The notes under the pieces are model-generated. The model saw only the letters and a list, made by a program, of their open reading frames with translations, searched no databases and had not been told where the DNA came from. Below, piece by piece: positions 45,880-58,535 of a DNA stretch of 64,000 bases (within the stretch, counting starts at the first letter, position 1; each line of letters opens with the position of its first letter). Both the position numbers and the translations under genes were made by a program. This DNA is from the human T2T-CHM13v2.0 reference genome, Homo sapiens. The stretch lies in NCBI RefSeq assembly GCF_009914755.1, contig NC_060936.1; one strand, 5' to 3'.

Positions 45880-46135
45880 TCTCAAAGTGTGCCCTCCAGT
45901 CCACTTGTCTCAGAACCACTCACATGAGACCCACTGCACCACACATATGCTATACTCAGGGCTCTCAACCCAGGCAGTACATTGGAATCACCCGAGGAGG
46001 TAGTTTAAATATACAGGTACTTGTTAGAAATATAGTCCTACAGACTGAGAAAGCCTGTGATGGGTCCCTACGCATCCCTGTTTTTGGCAAATTCTCTTGG
46101 TGATTCTTTTCTCATTCAGGATTGAGAATCATTTT
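45875..46135. mobile_element. MER5-family fragments
   Basis: gtggttctcaaagtgtg start, and a ggtgattct...ttgagaatcatt end. Confidence 0.6.
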
Positions 46136-47119
46136 TTTCTATCCACTAGAACCGGGTTTTCTAATTGCTACTTAGGAGTTTAGTGGATAGTATTGTTGTT
46201 CAACTGACATCTTTACATCAATTTCCACTTACTCCATCTTACTATTGTATCTACAAAGATACCGTGAGAAAGGCTATTATGAAAGTTGAGCCAAACCTTA
46301 AGGTGGCTTTAATGGAATGACCAGGAGGAAGGCACATCTGTTCCCTCCTGGCCTGACTCTTTCTCTTGAGTACACATTCTCCTCTGAAGTAAAAGGAGCA
46401 CAGAGAGTGGCAACCCAAATCCTATTTCTCAGAACAGGAGGGACTAGGAAAGAAAAAGAGAGAAAACCTGGGAGAGAGAAAAGTTGGCAGCTTCTGGGGA
46501 CTAGGGAGCAGCTTCTGGCCCAGCAGAGTGATTGTTGAGTTTTTCCCTTCACTTTTCTTTTGCTTTCAATATTTGCAGAAGATTTGAAAATGGAAAATAA
46601 ATGCAAACAGCAGCCCCTTGGGCTCTAACCATCCAAAGCCAGAGAAACTGACAATATTTAAGTAATCATTACTCATATGAACTCATCTAAACCTCAGTAC
46701 TTTGAAGGAGTGCAATAATTATATCTCCATTTTACATATGGTTGTTTGGTTTTATTTACAGAAATTGTGATTTCTACATACATCACAGATGTTTGGTGAG
46801 TTGCCCAATAAGCAGGGCAAGAATTTAATTCTTAGTCTTTGAGCACAGGAATGGCAAGAGAAAAGCTTCTAATAAGGGCTCTCACATTTATCAATAATGT
46901 TAAAGCATTGTTATGACTCAGGCAGTGGCTTCTGAAAAATTATAGATTCTTTGTATGTGAGAAGAGATATTCTCATTCTCATTTTGCTCATTTAACCTGT
47001 TGGCAAAATTTGACAATGTTTTGCAAAACTTGACAGTCTCTTGGATTTGTAAAAATTTGCTTTGTAATGCAGATGCTGGAAGAGGCCTCTAACTCCCATA
47101 AGTGCACATGTTGCCCTTT

Positions 47120-47230
47120 GTGGATTAACCACCCTGGTTTGCTCAGGACTGAGGGGTTCCTGGGACACAGGACTATCACTGCTAAAAGTGGGAAGGTCGT
47201 TGGTAAAATGGGGTGAGCTTGTGAGCCTAT
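47120..47230. mobile_element. MER94 (hAT-Blackjack)
   Basis: cctggtttgctcaggactgaggggttcctgggacacaggact..cactgctaaaa matches MER94. Confidence 0.8.
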
Positions 47231-48079
47231 TGGTTGCCCCAACTTGTATACAGAACTCAGCTATTTCATGAGTTCACAAAAAAAAGATCTACTCACCAAC
47301 ATTTTGTAATTGACATTTCTCATCTCTTTCCTCTTTCCCCTCCCTCCCTCTTTAAGGAACAAATACAATTCTTGTACAGAGGAGTTTGCCCCTCTTCCTG
47401 AAGCCATGGTACCAGCCATTTCATGGCCCCAGGGCCTCAGTGTCTACTCCAAGTAAGCTTATCACCACATTCCTTGAAACAGACACTGTACTCTCCTGAA
47501 GAGAAATGCTGGCAAATAGTTTTATCGTGGCTTGTTGCTGTTTTTGTTCATACATCACCTTGTTCCAAATTGATATGTTTTGTGACAAGTCCACCTAATC
47601 TGTGGTAATCCTTCCCTATTCATCACATGAACCCCCATGTACTTAGTACAGAATGCCATACAGAATGTCATACACATGACCAGCTCGGTGGCCTAAGACA
47701 ATTCACTTGGTTTCTCTGAGCTTGGATGCCTCATTTAAGAAAGGGAAGAGCAAAACAAAATGGTTTTGAAGATTCCTTCCTACCCAGACATTCTTTTGTA
47801 TTATGCACTGAGTTGAATGCAACTGGGTCATGGGAATCTTTTCTATGTAGATTGGAAAGCTCACAACAACATCGTTTAAATATGCACTGATGCAGAACAT
47901 GGAAATTGCAACAAGGTTGATCTTCAGACCTTTGCTAACAATGATGTAACAATGGCCATTAGTGTCTCTCTCATTTTCAGAAGTCCCTGCTGTCTGCTCT
48001 GTTCCCCTGTGGCAGGGTGCTATTTAGATAGTTACTTATGTGTTAACTACTTAGAAACAAAGAGATGCATTCTTTCTAC

Positions 48080-48930
48080 CCCTAATTTTGAAAGTACTTT
48101 ATATATATTGCAAAAATTTTGGAAAATGTAGAAAAGCACAGAGGATGACAAAAATCATCAATAATCTCTCCATGCAGGTATTACCAATGTTAAACTTTTG
48201 GTTTATTTCCTAACAAAAAAATTGTACTGTGCTATTTTATAATTAGCTCTATTCACTTAGCAATAGATTATCCTTTCTTATTTTATGTGAGATTTCTAGT
48301 AGCTCAATTGGATTCCATTTTATGAGTAGCCATAATTTATTTAATCAAGGCTCTCTGGTTGAATATTGGGGGTGCCCCATCCTTCAGATTTTTTATAAAC
48401 AAACATCTAAGACTGAACATGGTGGCTGATACCTATAATCCCAGCACTTTGGGAGGTTGAAGTGGGAGAATTGCTTGAGGCTGAGAGTTTGAGTCTAGCC
48501 TGGGAAACATGGCGAGGTCCTCATCTTTACAAAAAAAAATTTTTAAAAACTTAGCTGAGCCTAGTGTTACTCGTCTATAGTCCCAGCTACTTGGGAGACT
48601 GAGGTGGGATGATAGCTTGAGCTCAGGAGTTCAAGGCTGCAGTGAGTTATGATTGTACCTACACTCTGGCTCAGATGACAGAGGAAGACACAGTCTCAAA
48701 AACAAACAAACTCCAAATATATAATGAATTACTTTTTTATCAGATATTCTTATGTCTGCCTACTTTCTTAACAGATATTCCTAGTGGTGAATTCTTAGGG
48801 TAGACATTATATACATTTTTGGGTTTTAATAAAAACTGTCCAAAAGTGTTGTCTTCCAAAAGTGTTCTCAATTTACACTTCCCCTAACAGGATAGAATTG
48901 GGGCTACTCCTTGTAGCTTTGCCAACAATT
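48080..48930 (-). mobile_element. Old L1M (L1ME-like) fragment interrupted by an AluJ
   Basis: Reverse L1 3' motifs (caatttacacttccc..aacag, ctttgccaaca). Confidence 0.6.
48411..48710 (+). mobile_element. AluJ (diverged)
   Basis: Dimeric Alu with J-type features. Confidence 0.92.
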
Positions 48931-50975
48931 AATTATGACCAAGGATTACATTGGCCAAGTGCTTCGGGCAGGGGCAAAGTCTAAAGTGGCAGCCAAACTG
49001 CTATTGCTCTTTGATCTTGCCATGTTTATATAATATGTCTAGAAATAGAGCAGGAAAGCAAACGGTGACATTGATCATTTGGGGTTAGAGTTATCCAGTA
49101 AGTATTGAAACACCTAAATATATATCAGGGATTCTTAACCTAGTGTCTATGAACCTTACTCCAGACTTTTATCCCACTTAATATAAGAGTCTGCTCCAAG
49201 CTGAACAGGCCTATTTAAACCAGAGGCCATGACTAGGCCACCAGGAAACTTGAGAATAAATGAAAGGTTTATGGGAAAAGGAGGAGTGAAGGAAAACTGC
49301 CCATAGCGAGTGCACTTGTCATATGGATCAACTTATTTCATCCTTAACATATGGTGCAGACATGTTTATACCCATTTTATCAATGGAGAAACTGATAACT
49401 TTGAGAGTCTGGGACTTCCCTCATGGTCATGCAGCTAATTAAAAACAGACCTGGGAGCCGAACCGTGATTGTTCTGACCCTAAACCAGTGCTGTTTCCAT
49501 TATAACACCAGCACGTGTTTGCCTTCCTGGAAAGGAAAAATAAGGCTGGGAGTAAACATAGTATAAAAATAATGTTAGATTTACAGCATAATACCTAGCA
49601 TACAATAGAACTTGAATGTATTTTTGTGGACAGAGTAAATGAATGACCAGTATTTCCTCCTAATTCTTTGCTTGAAGTGTCCTAAGCAATGGGAAAAGAG
49701 TTGGTAAGGCTTTCTCCTCCACAGAGTTGTTTGGTCCAAGCCTTCACTCCAAATTAGTCCAAAACAGCCTACAATAGCTTTGTGTGCCTGGGCGGGAGAG
49801 GCAGTCTAGGAGATGTGTTAGGGTAATATGAACTTTCTGATTTTAGTAGGTAGCATACTGGCGATTTCATGTGGTTCAGATTAATAGTTCAAATCGGAAA
49901 TGCTGGTGTTTCTTTCCATTTTTAGTACTTATGAGGGAAAGAGAACCACTTCCTCTTCCCTGTCAAGATCTTGTGGACACCCCTTTCTCCTTCTAAACAG
50001 AAGGGGCAAGGCCAAGTTGCTTGCTCTTGATGTAACAGCACTTAACATAGCTCACCATCTGGGTGTTGGCTGCTGTGGGCAAAGGTGGTGGAATTGGCAA
50101 TGGAAAAAGCTTTGATGGGAAGGTGTGGAGGTAGATCCAGAGAAGGACTGCCTGTTCAGCAGGGAGCATGGCCCCAAGCACAGAGACTGAGATAAGGACC
50201 AGGACCCTGATTCTGAGAGTGGGAGGAAAAGGGCAGAGGGAGAAGCAGAGGAGAATAAGACAGAGTCTACATAGGACCTGAGAAATCACATGAATGTTTA
50301 GAACCAGGAATAAGCCACAGCCTCAGAAGTTAGGCCTCAGTTTCAAGGTAGAAGGAGGTGCAATCTTTATTTTGTTCTTTAAATGTGAACAGGAGAACAC
50401 ATTTTTCCACATTGTACTGAGTCCAGCAGAGCCCAGGCACTGGGGCTGTTGCTCTTAATCCTCAGTGGAAGCTTCAGGCTTTGCCACTCAGTATATTCTC
50501 CGGGGATCTAGTTGCCCGATCAGGACTGAAGCTGTGCAAAGACATGTTCTTCTCTTTGCCCTATGTGTGGTGGTTCCAGAGCTCAGGCTGCACGATGGGG
50601 CACACACAGGTTAGGATGGGCAGGTCGGGGTTTGTCTTTTTAGCTTCACATCCTGTTTCTCTATGAAGTCCCCATGAGCTGGAGAGAGTGAGGCCGAGAG
50701 TGTGCTGTGGGTGAGGGTTTCCCCAGACACCTGGGAGGTTGAGGCCATGACCCCAGTGTCCCTAAGCCTGCCAGCCTCACCTGACACCAGTGCCGGGTGA
50801 GCACTGGCATAAGTGGATGCGAATCTCAGGCATGCCTAGCTTTGCCCCATCACTTGACTGCAATACTGAAGCCCCCAGTTGCCTTAGAGGAATTAAATAT
50901 GGAGCTGGAGAGCTGAGCAAATCAGGGTTCTTTTAACCTTTTTTAGAGTCTGGGGCCGTGCCAAACTATAATGTG

Positions 50976-51341
50976 TGCTGTGGTCTGAATATGTACATCC
51001 CCCACAAATTTCAAACGTTGAAATCTAACCCCCAAGGTCATCGTAAAAGGGGATGGGGCCTTTTATGGGGTGATTAGACATAAAGGTAGAGCCCCCATGA
51101 ATGGCATTAGTGCCCTTATAAAATAGGCTCAAGGGAGCTTGTTTCTCCCTTCCACCATGTGGGGGCATAGCTAGAAGGCAGCATCCATGAATCAGAAAGC
51201 AAGATCTCATCAGATGCTAAATCTGCCAGGGTCTTGATGCTGGACTTCTCAGTCTCCAGAACTCTGAGAAGTATATTTCTGTTGTTTATAAGCCACCGTG
51301 TTTATAGTGTTTTGTTATAGCAACCCAAATGGACTAAGGCA
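50976..51341 (+). mobile_element. MLT1A0-like solo LTR
   Basis: tgctgtggtctgaat ... aatggactaaggca; TSD atgtg / gtgtg. Confidence 0.88.
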
Positions 51342-51454
51342 GTGTGTCAAGAGGCTTAGCAGTGTACTGGGGTGAGGACCAGGGTAGGGGCAGACAGGCT
51401 GATGTGAGGCAATTCAGGCATTCTGCATTCACAGCTTTTAAATATTTACCTTAA

Positions 51455-52110
51455 TCCATTCACCCAATAGTTACTGAGCCTGTTTTCTCTACCAGGCATT
51501 GTGCTAATTTTAGAGAACAGAGCACTGAATAAGGTAAATAAGTTGTCTGCCATCATGGAGCTTCTATTCTAATGGAGAAGAGATAAGCAAGGGAACAAAT
51601 AAGTAAGTAAGCTCATTCTGTATGGTGATAATGTTATGAAGTAAATACCCAGGGTGATGGACTGGAGAGTAATGGGAAGAGGCCCATTTTACATAGAGTT
51701 GTCCCAGGGCAGTTGATTGAAGGTCCAACAGGTGAGGTTAAGCCAGCTTTGGGAGGATCTGGGGAAAAGCAGGCCAGGAAGAGAAAAAAGCAGCTACCAG
51801 GGCCTGAGGTGGGAAGGGGCTGGTATGTTCTGGGGCCAGTGAAATGAAACAAGGCCAGAGTGGGAGGAGAGATGCTAAGAAATAAGCCTAGAAAGAAGAA
51901 CACAAGGGAGGATGAGCAGGGACTTGGGGGCCCCATCTGGGAGTTTGAGTTTTATTTGTAGCACAATGGAAGGACATTGGAGGGTTTTCAGTGGTAGACT
52001 GACATGATGGGAATCACCTTTTAAAAATTTCACTGTGGCTGCTTTCTGGGAATTACAGATGGGCAATGGAGCATCCAGATAAGAGATTTCAAAGCCCTTT
52101 GGCAAACTCA
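51455..52110 (-). mobile_element. L2a-like 3' fragment
   Basis: Reverse L2 terminus and continuing body. Confidence 0.8.
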
Positions 52111-52529
52111 GTGCCAGTCCTTGACTTCTTGTGAGAACTCCTCGAAAAAGCACTTGGCAAAGGGTCACTGCTTTTTACAAGTGTCTAAAATTCATATTGA
52201 AATGAAATCATGGGCAGAATCTAATATGAACTTTTTGGGCACTCTTTTATGAAGATCATAAAGGAGATTAGAAACAAAACATACATTTGGAGCAGTACCC
52301 CAAAAGTTTATGCATCTTTTAATTAAATTAATTAAATGAATCATTCATTTATTCATTTTTCCTTTCTTTTATACAACAAATATTTATCATCCTTCTACTC
52401 TGTGCTAGGAACTGTGCTCTGTCCAGGGATTTCAATGGGGGAATAAACAGATAGTATCTTCTGCCCTGTTGGGGCTTGTGGTCTATTCTAGGCAGTTTTC
52501 ATAGCCTTTAAGAACTCAGCAATGTTGCA

Positions 52530-52840
52530 AGACAAGTAAGTTCTACAGATCTTCTGTACATCATATTACCTATAGTTAATAATACAGTATTGTATACTTT
52601 ACACTAACAGGATAGAGCTCATGTTAAATGTTTTTACAACAAACAAAGAAACCAACTCAGAAAATAACACAAGGTAATTTTTGGAGGTGATGGATATGTT
52701 CAGTACCTTGATTGTGGTGACAGGTACCGTGGTTGTACACATATGTCCACATTCATCAAAATGTACACAATAAATATGTGCAGTTATTTGTATATCAATT
52801 ATACCTCAATGAAGCATAAAAAGGAAAATGAAAACAAAAA
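52530..52840 (+). mobile_element. L1M (MB/MC-like) 3'UTR fragment
   Basis: ttttggaggtgatggatatgttc...caattatacctcaatgaagc. Confidence 0.8.
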
Positions 52841-53129
52841 AGAACTGAGCCAAATGGAAGCACGAGGAAGAGTGGAGAGACATCACATGGGAGGAGCCTC
52901 AGGTTCTCGTAGGAGTGGGAGCTCGGTAAATATTGATTGAGAAACAATTGATGTTGAACAAGTTGTTAACATCTTTGGACCTGTTCCTCGCTTTCAACAG
53001 AAGAGAAACGCTGGGCAGAGGGCTGTAAACTCCGAGTAGCTGGCGTGTAAGTCTTCTTTCAGTGTTAAAAGTGGGATGCAGAAGTGGGATAGAAGGATAA
53101 GGGTGATACCAGTTCAGCAATCTTAGCAT

Positions 53130-53372
53130 CACTAAACATAGGATGACCTATGTGCGGACCTCCTGAATGGCACAATATGATGGATGTAGCACTCCCTGTG
53201 AAGTTTTCTTTCCAGAAAATAAGACAATAGTTTGCTATTGGTAAAGCCGCTAGATCTATCTACCATTTACCGGAAATAATGAGGAAAGAGAAGCATGTTG
53301 AACACATCACAGGGCACAAGATGTAACCAGCGAACTCTAAGTGTGGACAGTTCTACAGGACAAATTATCTGG

Positions 53373-53403
<31 letters not shown>

Positions 53404-54230
53404 CAGAAAAGTGCCAGGTTTTGGGTGAGTTAGATTAAAGGAAACTTCAGAGACGTTTCAACCAAAAGCAATGATAGATCCTGTTTGGGTCCTCATTCCA
53501 CAACTAGATGTAAAGTGACATTTTTGAGACAACCAAAGAAAAATGAACCCAAACTGGGTAGGAGTTGACATTAAGGAGCTATTATTCATTTTCTTAATGG
53601 TAATAATGGTTCTATGGTTTGGCTAAAGGAAAAGAAGTTCTCAGGTGTTTCATACTACAACATAGGTGAACCTTGATGACATCATGCTAAGTGAAATAAG
53701 TCAGACACAAGGGGACAAATACTGTATTATTCTACTTATAGGAAGTACCTAGAGTAGTCAAATTCATAGAGACAAGAAGGTAGGATGGTGGTTGCCAGGG
53801 GCCGGAGTCAGGGAGAAATGGGGACTTAGTGTTTAATGAATTCAGAGTTTTAGCTTGGGAAGATGAAAAAAGCTCATGGTTGGTTGGTGATGGTTGTACA
53901 ACAATGTGAATATACTTAATGCCTGTGAACTTACACTTAAAAATGCTTACAATGGTAAAATTTATGTTTATTCTACCATGATTAAAAAAAAGAGTTCTTA
54001 GGTGTTAGAGTGAAATGCTGGAGTAGTTCCAGGAGAATGAATGATCTGATGCCTGGGATTTGCTTTAAAATAATCTAGTAAAACAAAACAAACAAAAAGT
54101 CTGGAGGATAGAGGAGAAAAAAGACTAGGAAAATGTGTATGTTGTTGAGGCTGAGTGATGGACAATGAGGGCTAGTTATACTATTCCTTTACTGACGGTA
54201 TGTTAAATACTTTATAATATGAAGTTTAAA
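53130..54230 (+). mobile_element. Old L1M 3' region with a nested L1MB 3' fragment (about 53661-53992)
   Basis: The nested piece is flanked by near-identical aaag(a)agttctYaggtgtt direct repeats (TSD). Confidence 0.75.
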
Positions 54231-54504
54231 ATATCTCTGTCATGGTTTGGTATGTTAAGTTTAATTTTCTGAAATGCTTGGAGCATTGATATACTCTTTT
54301 TAGAGGACTCAATTAAAAAAACAAAACCAAGTCCTGCAAAGCCCTAGTAACATGAGCTGTCATGGTATGAAATTGAGCGTAAAAGAGGGCCCAAGCTCCA
54401 GGAGGTGGTCATAGAGACTGCATTGTAGAGAGCAACTGCCTCATATGTTATATAGGCACCCTGTGCTGCTGCCCTTGTCATATTGCTGGGCAGAATAAAC
54501 AAAA

Positions 54505-54697
54505 CTGTAAAGATCAGTGGCCCTTCTTGCTGCCTCCACCTTGGAACCATTGGGGAGCTTTTAAAAATACTAATGCTCAGGCCCCACCTCAACACAATAC
54601 CAATTGAGCTAGAATTTCTGAAGGAGGGCTCCAGAGAGCAGTCATTTCATAGAGCCCCTTAGGTGATTCTAATATGCAGCCAAGGCCAAGCGCTACT
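54505..54697. mobile_element. MER5A-like hAT MITE
   Basis: ttggaacc..tggggagcttttaaaaatactaatgctcaggccccacc...ggtgattctaatatgcagcca. Confidence 0.8.
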
Positions 54698-55570
54698 AAT
54701 ATATGAACTGCTTGGTGCCTAGGAGGTGCTCACAAAATGCTGATTGAAAATGAACCTGGAACAAGTTGCTTAGTATGCTGTGTTTCAGCCATTTGACAAA
54801 GCCTTTTATGGAAAAGGATTTATATGCAACCTTTTCTCCCTTCCACCCAGGGGATCCAACTACCAGAGGCCAGAAACTTATTTCTGGAGTCTTTGCTGGA
54901 GCAGGCATACTTATGCCCAAGAGAGTATTGTGGTGGCTGTTAGCAAGAGCCTGGAAAGATAAGAACAGTTTCAAAAATGTTTTTGGGGCATCACAAAAAC
55001 CCCATTGTAACATAATGCTAGTTGGAATAACATTAAAGAAAAGTGAATTATGCCTGTTTATCAAAGGGAAAATGAAAGCCCCTTGGAAACGAGTTTTATT
55101 TTGAAGCTGAAGCCTTTAATCAAATTGACAATAAAAGATATGGTCCTTCTATGAACCGAGGAATGATAAGCAGCCATTTGCAATCTCAATACGTAGCTTC
55201 TGGTATTTAACTCTATTTTTCACCCCTGGTGTATTGAGAATGAACTGATTTTCATGATGGTTAGAGAGAAATGGAGTCCTTACCCTAATTCAGTCAACTG
55301 AGTGTAAAGTGAAAATAATTCTACATATCTTCCTTTCCTCACCTCTGTGCCTTGGAATTCAGAAAGAATATTCACAGGGCAATCACTTTAAACAGACTGA
55401 CAAAAGCACGTGCTCGAAACTTTCACTGCAAAGAACTTTTCCATATAGTAATAGAATATATGACTTTAAACCTGAAGTGAAGCATGTGTATGTTTGTGTG
55501 TGTGTGTGTGTTGTGGTGGGGGAGTGTCTTTTTACTTCTCCAGAGCCAAACAGAGTGAGTAGCAGATAAA

Positions 55571-55735
55571 TAGAATTGCCAGACTTAGCAAATAAAAATG
55601 CAGAATTCCCAGTTAAATTTGAATTTTGTATAAATTTGCAAATATTGCCTGGGACATACTTATACCAAAAAATATTCAGTTTTTATCTGAAATGCAAATT
55701 AAAGTGGGCATCCTATATTTTATCTGGAAACTGTA
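55571..55735. mobile_element. MER53 palindromic hAT MITE with internal deletion
   Basis: tagaattgccagacttagcaaataaaaat ... tattttatctggaaactgta; degenerate 8-bp TSD cagataaa / cagagaag. Confidence 0.9.
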
Positions 55736-55889
55736 CAGAGAAGAAAAGAGGGGTCCTTCCTCTCACATATGCAGAGTCCAAATATCTTACTCCAGGATGT
55801 CCAGGATGTCTTGGAGGTGCAGATCATCAATGAATGTCCAAAAATATAGGCCAGGAGGGTGATATTGGCAGTCAGTATCAAGAAGTCAG

Positions 55890-56372
55890 TGTATCAGTTA
55901 GCAGATGCTTCATAGCATCACCTCAAAACTCTATGGCTTAAGATAATAATAATTTATTACTGCTAACACTTTTGCAGATTGATTGCAGTTTGTTCATGTA
56001 GGCTTGACTGGAGTTTATAGCTATAGGTTTATAGCTATAGGTCTGTGACGAGGTTGGGGTAGTTCAACTTAGGGCAATGGCAGCTGGAGAGACTATGCTC
56101 CCTAAATCTCTCTTCTTCCTCCTGACAACAATGGGATCGTTGGTGCATTGTCTTCTCATAGAGATAACAAAGGCACAAGTGTACAAGTGGAAATACGCAA
56201 GGCCACTCAAGGCCAAATCTCAGAACAAGCATGCTGCCATTTCTGCCCACATGCCATTGGCCAGAGCAAGTCACATGACCAGACCCAAAGTCAAAGGGTA
56301 GGGAAGTACCTTCCACCCGCGAAGAGGCCATGGCAAGGGTGTGAATCAGAGCTAACAATTCAACCTACCACA
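55890..56372 (-). mobile_element. MLT1 (G/H-like) LTR
   Basis: cacatgccattggccagagcaagtcacatgacc..cccaaagtcaaaggg motif; ends ctaccaca. Confidence 0.8.
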
Positions 56373-56789
56373 GGCAGGCACAGGGAAATTGAGGTTTAGG
56401 GAAGGGAATCAAGTCATTGGCATCTTTTGGAAGCAAAGAGGACCTAGACATGCAGGGAGGGGGAAACGGGAGGTCAGTTACTGGGGAGCTGGGTTACAAG
56501 GTCAGAGGGGCTTCAATGCAAGACTTACTTGGTTCTTAATTTGACGCCAATATTTCCATGTGCCTGGAAAAGTTCTCGTGGACTGAGGTGAGACAGAACA
56601 TACAGGTAGGGATTTAATGGTCTTGGCAATGAAAGCTACAGGACAGGAGTATGGTTAGCAGTTCTCCTAAACTTTACTCCTTAACTCACATTTCACCCCT
56701 TGCCATCTCACCCTCCATTAATTACTCCTTTGGCTGAAGAGACAAGACACCAAGGCCATGGTAAAAGACAACTCGTTTGCATTCATTAG

Positions 56790-57330
56790 TGTTGTAGTCA
56801 AGACTTTTTCCATTCAAAGAGGAGAAATCCGACAAACTAGTCCAAGCTAAAAAGGGAAATGTTAACCTATAACTAAAAAGGCTAGGGACATCAGCTTCAG
56901 GCAAGGCTGAATCCAGGTGCTCAAACGATGTCAATGGGGACTTCTGTTTCTCTGTTCCAAGGCTCTGTGTTCCTCTGTGCTGGCATCATTCTTAGGCAAG
57001 CTTCTGCTTCATGAGGCCACAATGGCTGCTGAAAACTCCAGATGTACACTCCATCAACTTGGCAACCTAGGAAGAAAGATCACACCCCACTCCCCCATGC
57101 CCCGCTTTTTTTTCAGTTCAGTGAAAATCCTGGTATTGAATTTTAGGCTTAATGTGGGTCAAATGTCTACTTTAGGCTCAATATGGATCAATGACCAGGA
57201 TACTGATTTGCCATACCTGAGTGTGTGAACCCAAATTGTGACATTTGATCGGTCCCACCTAACCCATCTGACTGAAAGCAGGGGAGGGGTGGGAAAATTA
57301 GGGAAGTGTAACCAAAGATGCTGGGCAGGC
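56790..57330 (-). mobile_element. MLT1 (J/K-like) LTR
   Basis: gcttcaggcaaggctgaatccaggtgctcaaacgatgtca motif. Confidence 0.75.
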
Positions 57331-57334
57331 AAAA

Positions 57335-57832
57335 AAGCAACATGTATCTCTATGGCTCCTCATTTTCCTTAGAATAAAAGCTCCTTCAGTATCTGCTTTC
57401 CCCAACTGTCACTGTCCTATTACCTCCCTCTTGCCCCAATTTTATTCCTCTTCAGCTGTACTTGCCACCTTCCTCTTGCAGGCATTCAAGGAGCACCTAT
57501 GTTAAAGAGCCTGTGCCACCTATTTGGGCACTTTCTCATTGATACCTCCCTAAACTATTTTAAACAGCAATCTGAGCCCTCATCCCTTCTAATCACTTTT
57601 ACCCTGATTTACTCTTTTCCTCCTTTTTTTTTTTGTTTTTTTTTAATAGTATTTCTCATATCATGTTTATTATTTACTCTGTCTCCACCTTCATTCCTAT
57701 CCCCTTCTTTACTGCCTGTGAATGCCAGCTGCACAAGGGCAGAGGTTCTTTGTATCATTCATGAATATATCTCAAGTGCCAACCATCGAGTTGGCCACAT
57801 AGTAGGTGCTCAGTAAATATGTATAGCATGAA
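57335..57832 (+). mobile_element. L2a 3' fragment
   Basis: Ends catagtaggtgctcagtaaatat. Confidence 0.75.
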
Positions 57833-58230
57833 CCTGCTACAGTTTCTGAGAGATGCTAAACATCAGGTCAGTTTTAGAGAGAAGGGATTTGCTAGGGTTG
57901 CAATTCTACAACAATCCAGATACCCAACTCCCCTGTTATGTACCCATGAGAGAAACATTAAGTTTTCCTTCTGAACTTAGATAAGACCCACCAGGAAAGC
58001 ACTATGAATCAACGAAGACTTCCTAAAATTATAAAGTTATGCTCTAGGATTGCATACAAGATGGAATTTGGGATATCAGTCCAGGTGTGGTGCAACTAGG
58101 GAGTACCAGATGTCTTGTTCAGTGGTGGTAGTGGTAGCTGATGAGTGGAGTATGACTAAGGAGGTAGAAGGCATCAAAGTGGAGGTGATGGACATTGAAA
58201 GAGAAACGGAAGTGTCTAAAACAAGATTAG

Positions 58231-58535
58231 GGCTGGGCATGGTGGCTCATGCCTGTCATCTCAACACTTTGAGAGGCTGAGGTGGATGGATTGCTTGAGC
58301 CCACGAGTTCAAGACCAGCCTGGGCAACATGGTGAAACCCTGTTTCTATTAAAACACAAAAAATTAGCTGGGCATGGTGTCACCTGCCTGTAGTCTCAGC
58401 TACCTGGGAGGCTGAGGTGGGAGGATCACCTGAGTTCTGGAGGTCAAGGCTGCAGTGAGCCATGATCATGCCACTGCGCTCCAGCCTGGGCGACAGAGTG
58501 AAAACCTGTCTCAAAAAAAAAAAAAAAATAGAAAT
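58231..58535 (+). mobile_element. AluJ
   Basis: Full Alu; TSD TAAAACAAGATTAG / TAAAACAAGAATAG. Confidence 0.96.

Noticed and set aside
55649-55669. miR-1302-like sequence in MER53
   Set aside because: It resembles the MER53-derived miR-1302 family, but the pairing arm is deleted in this copy, so the precursor hairpin cannot form.
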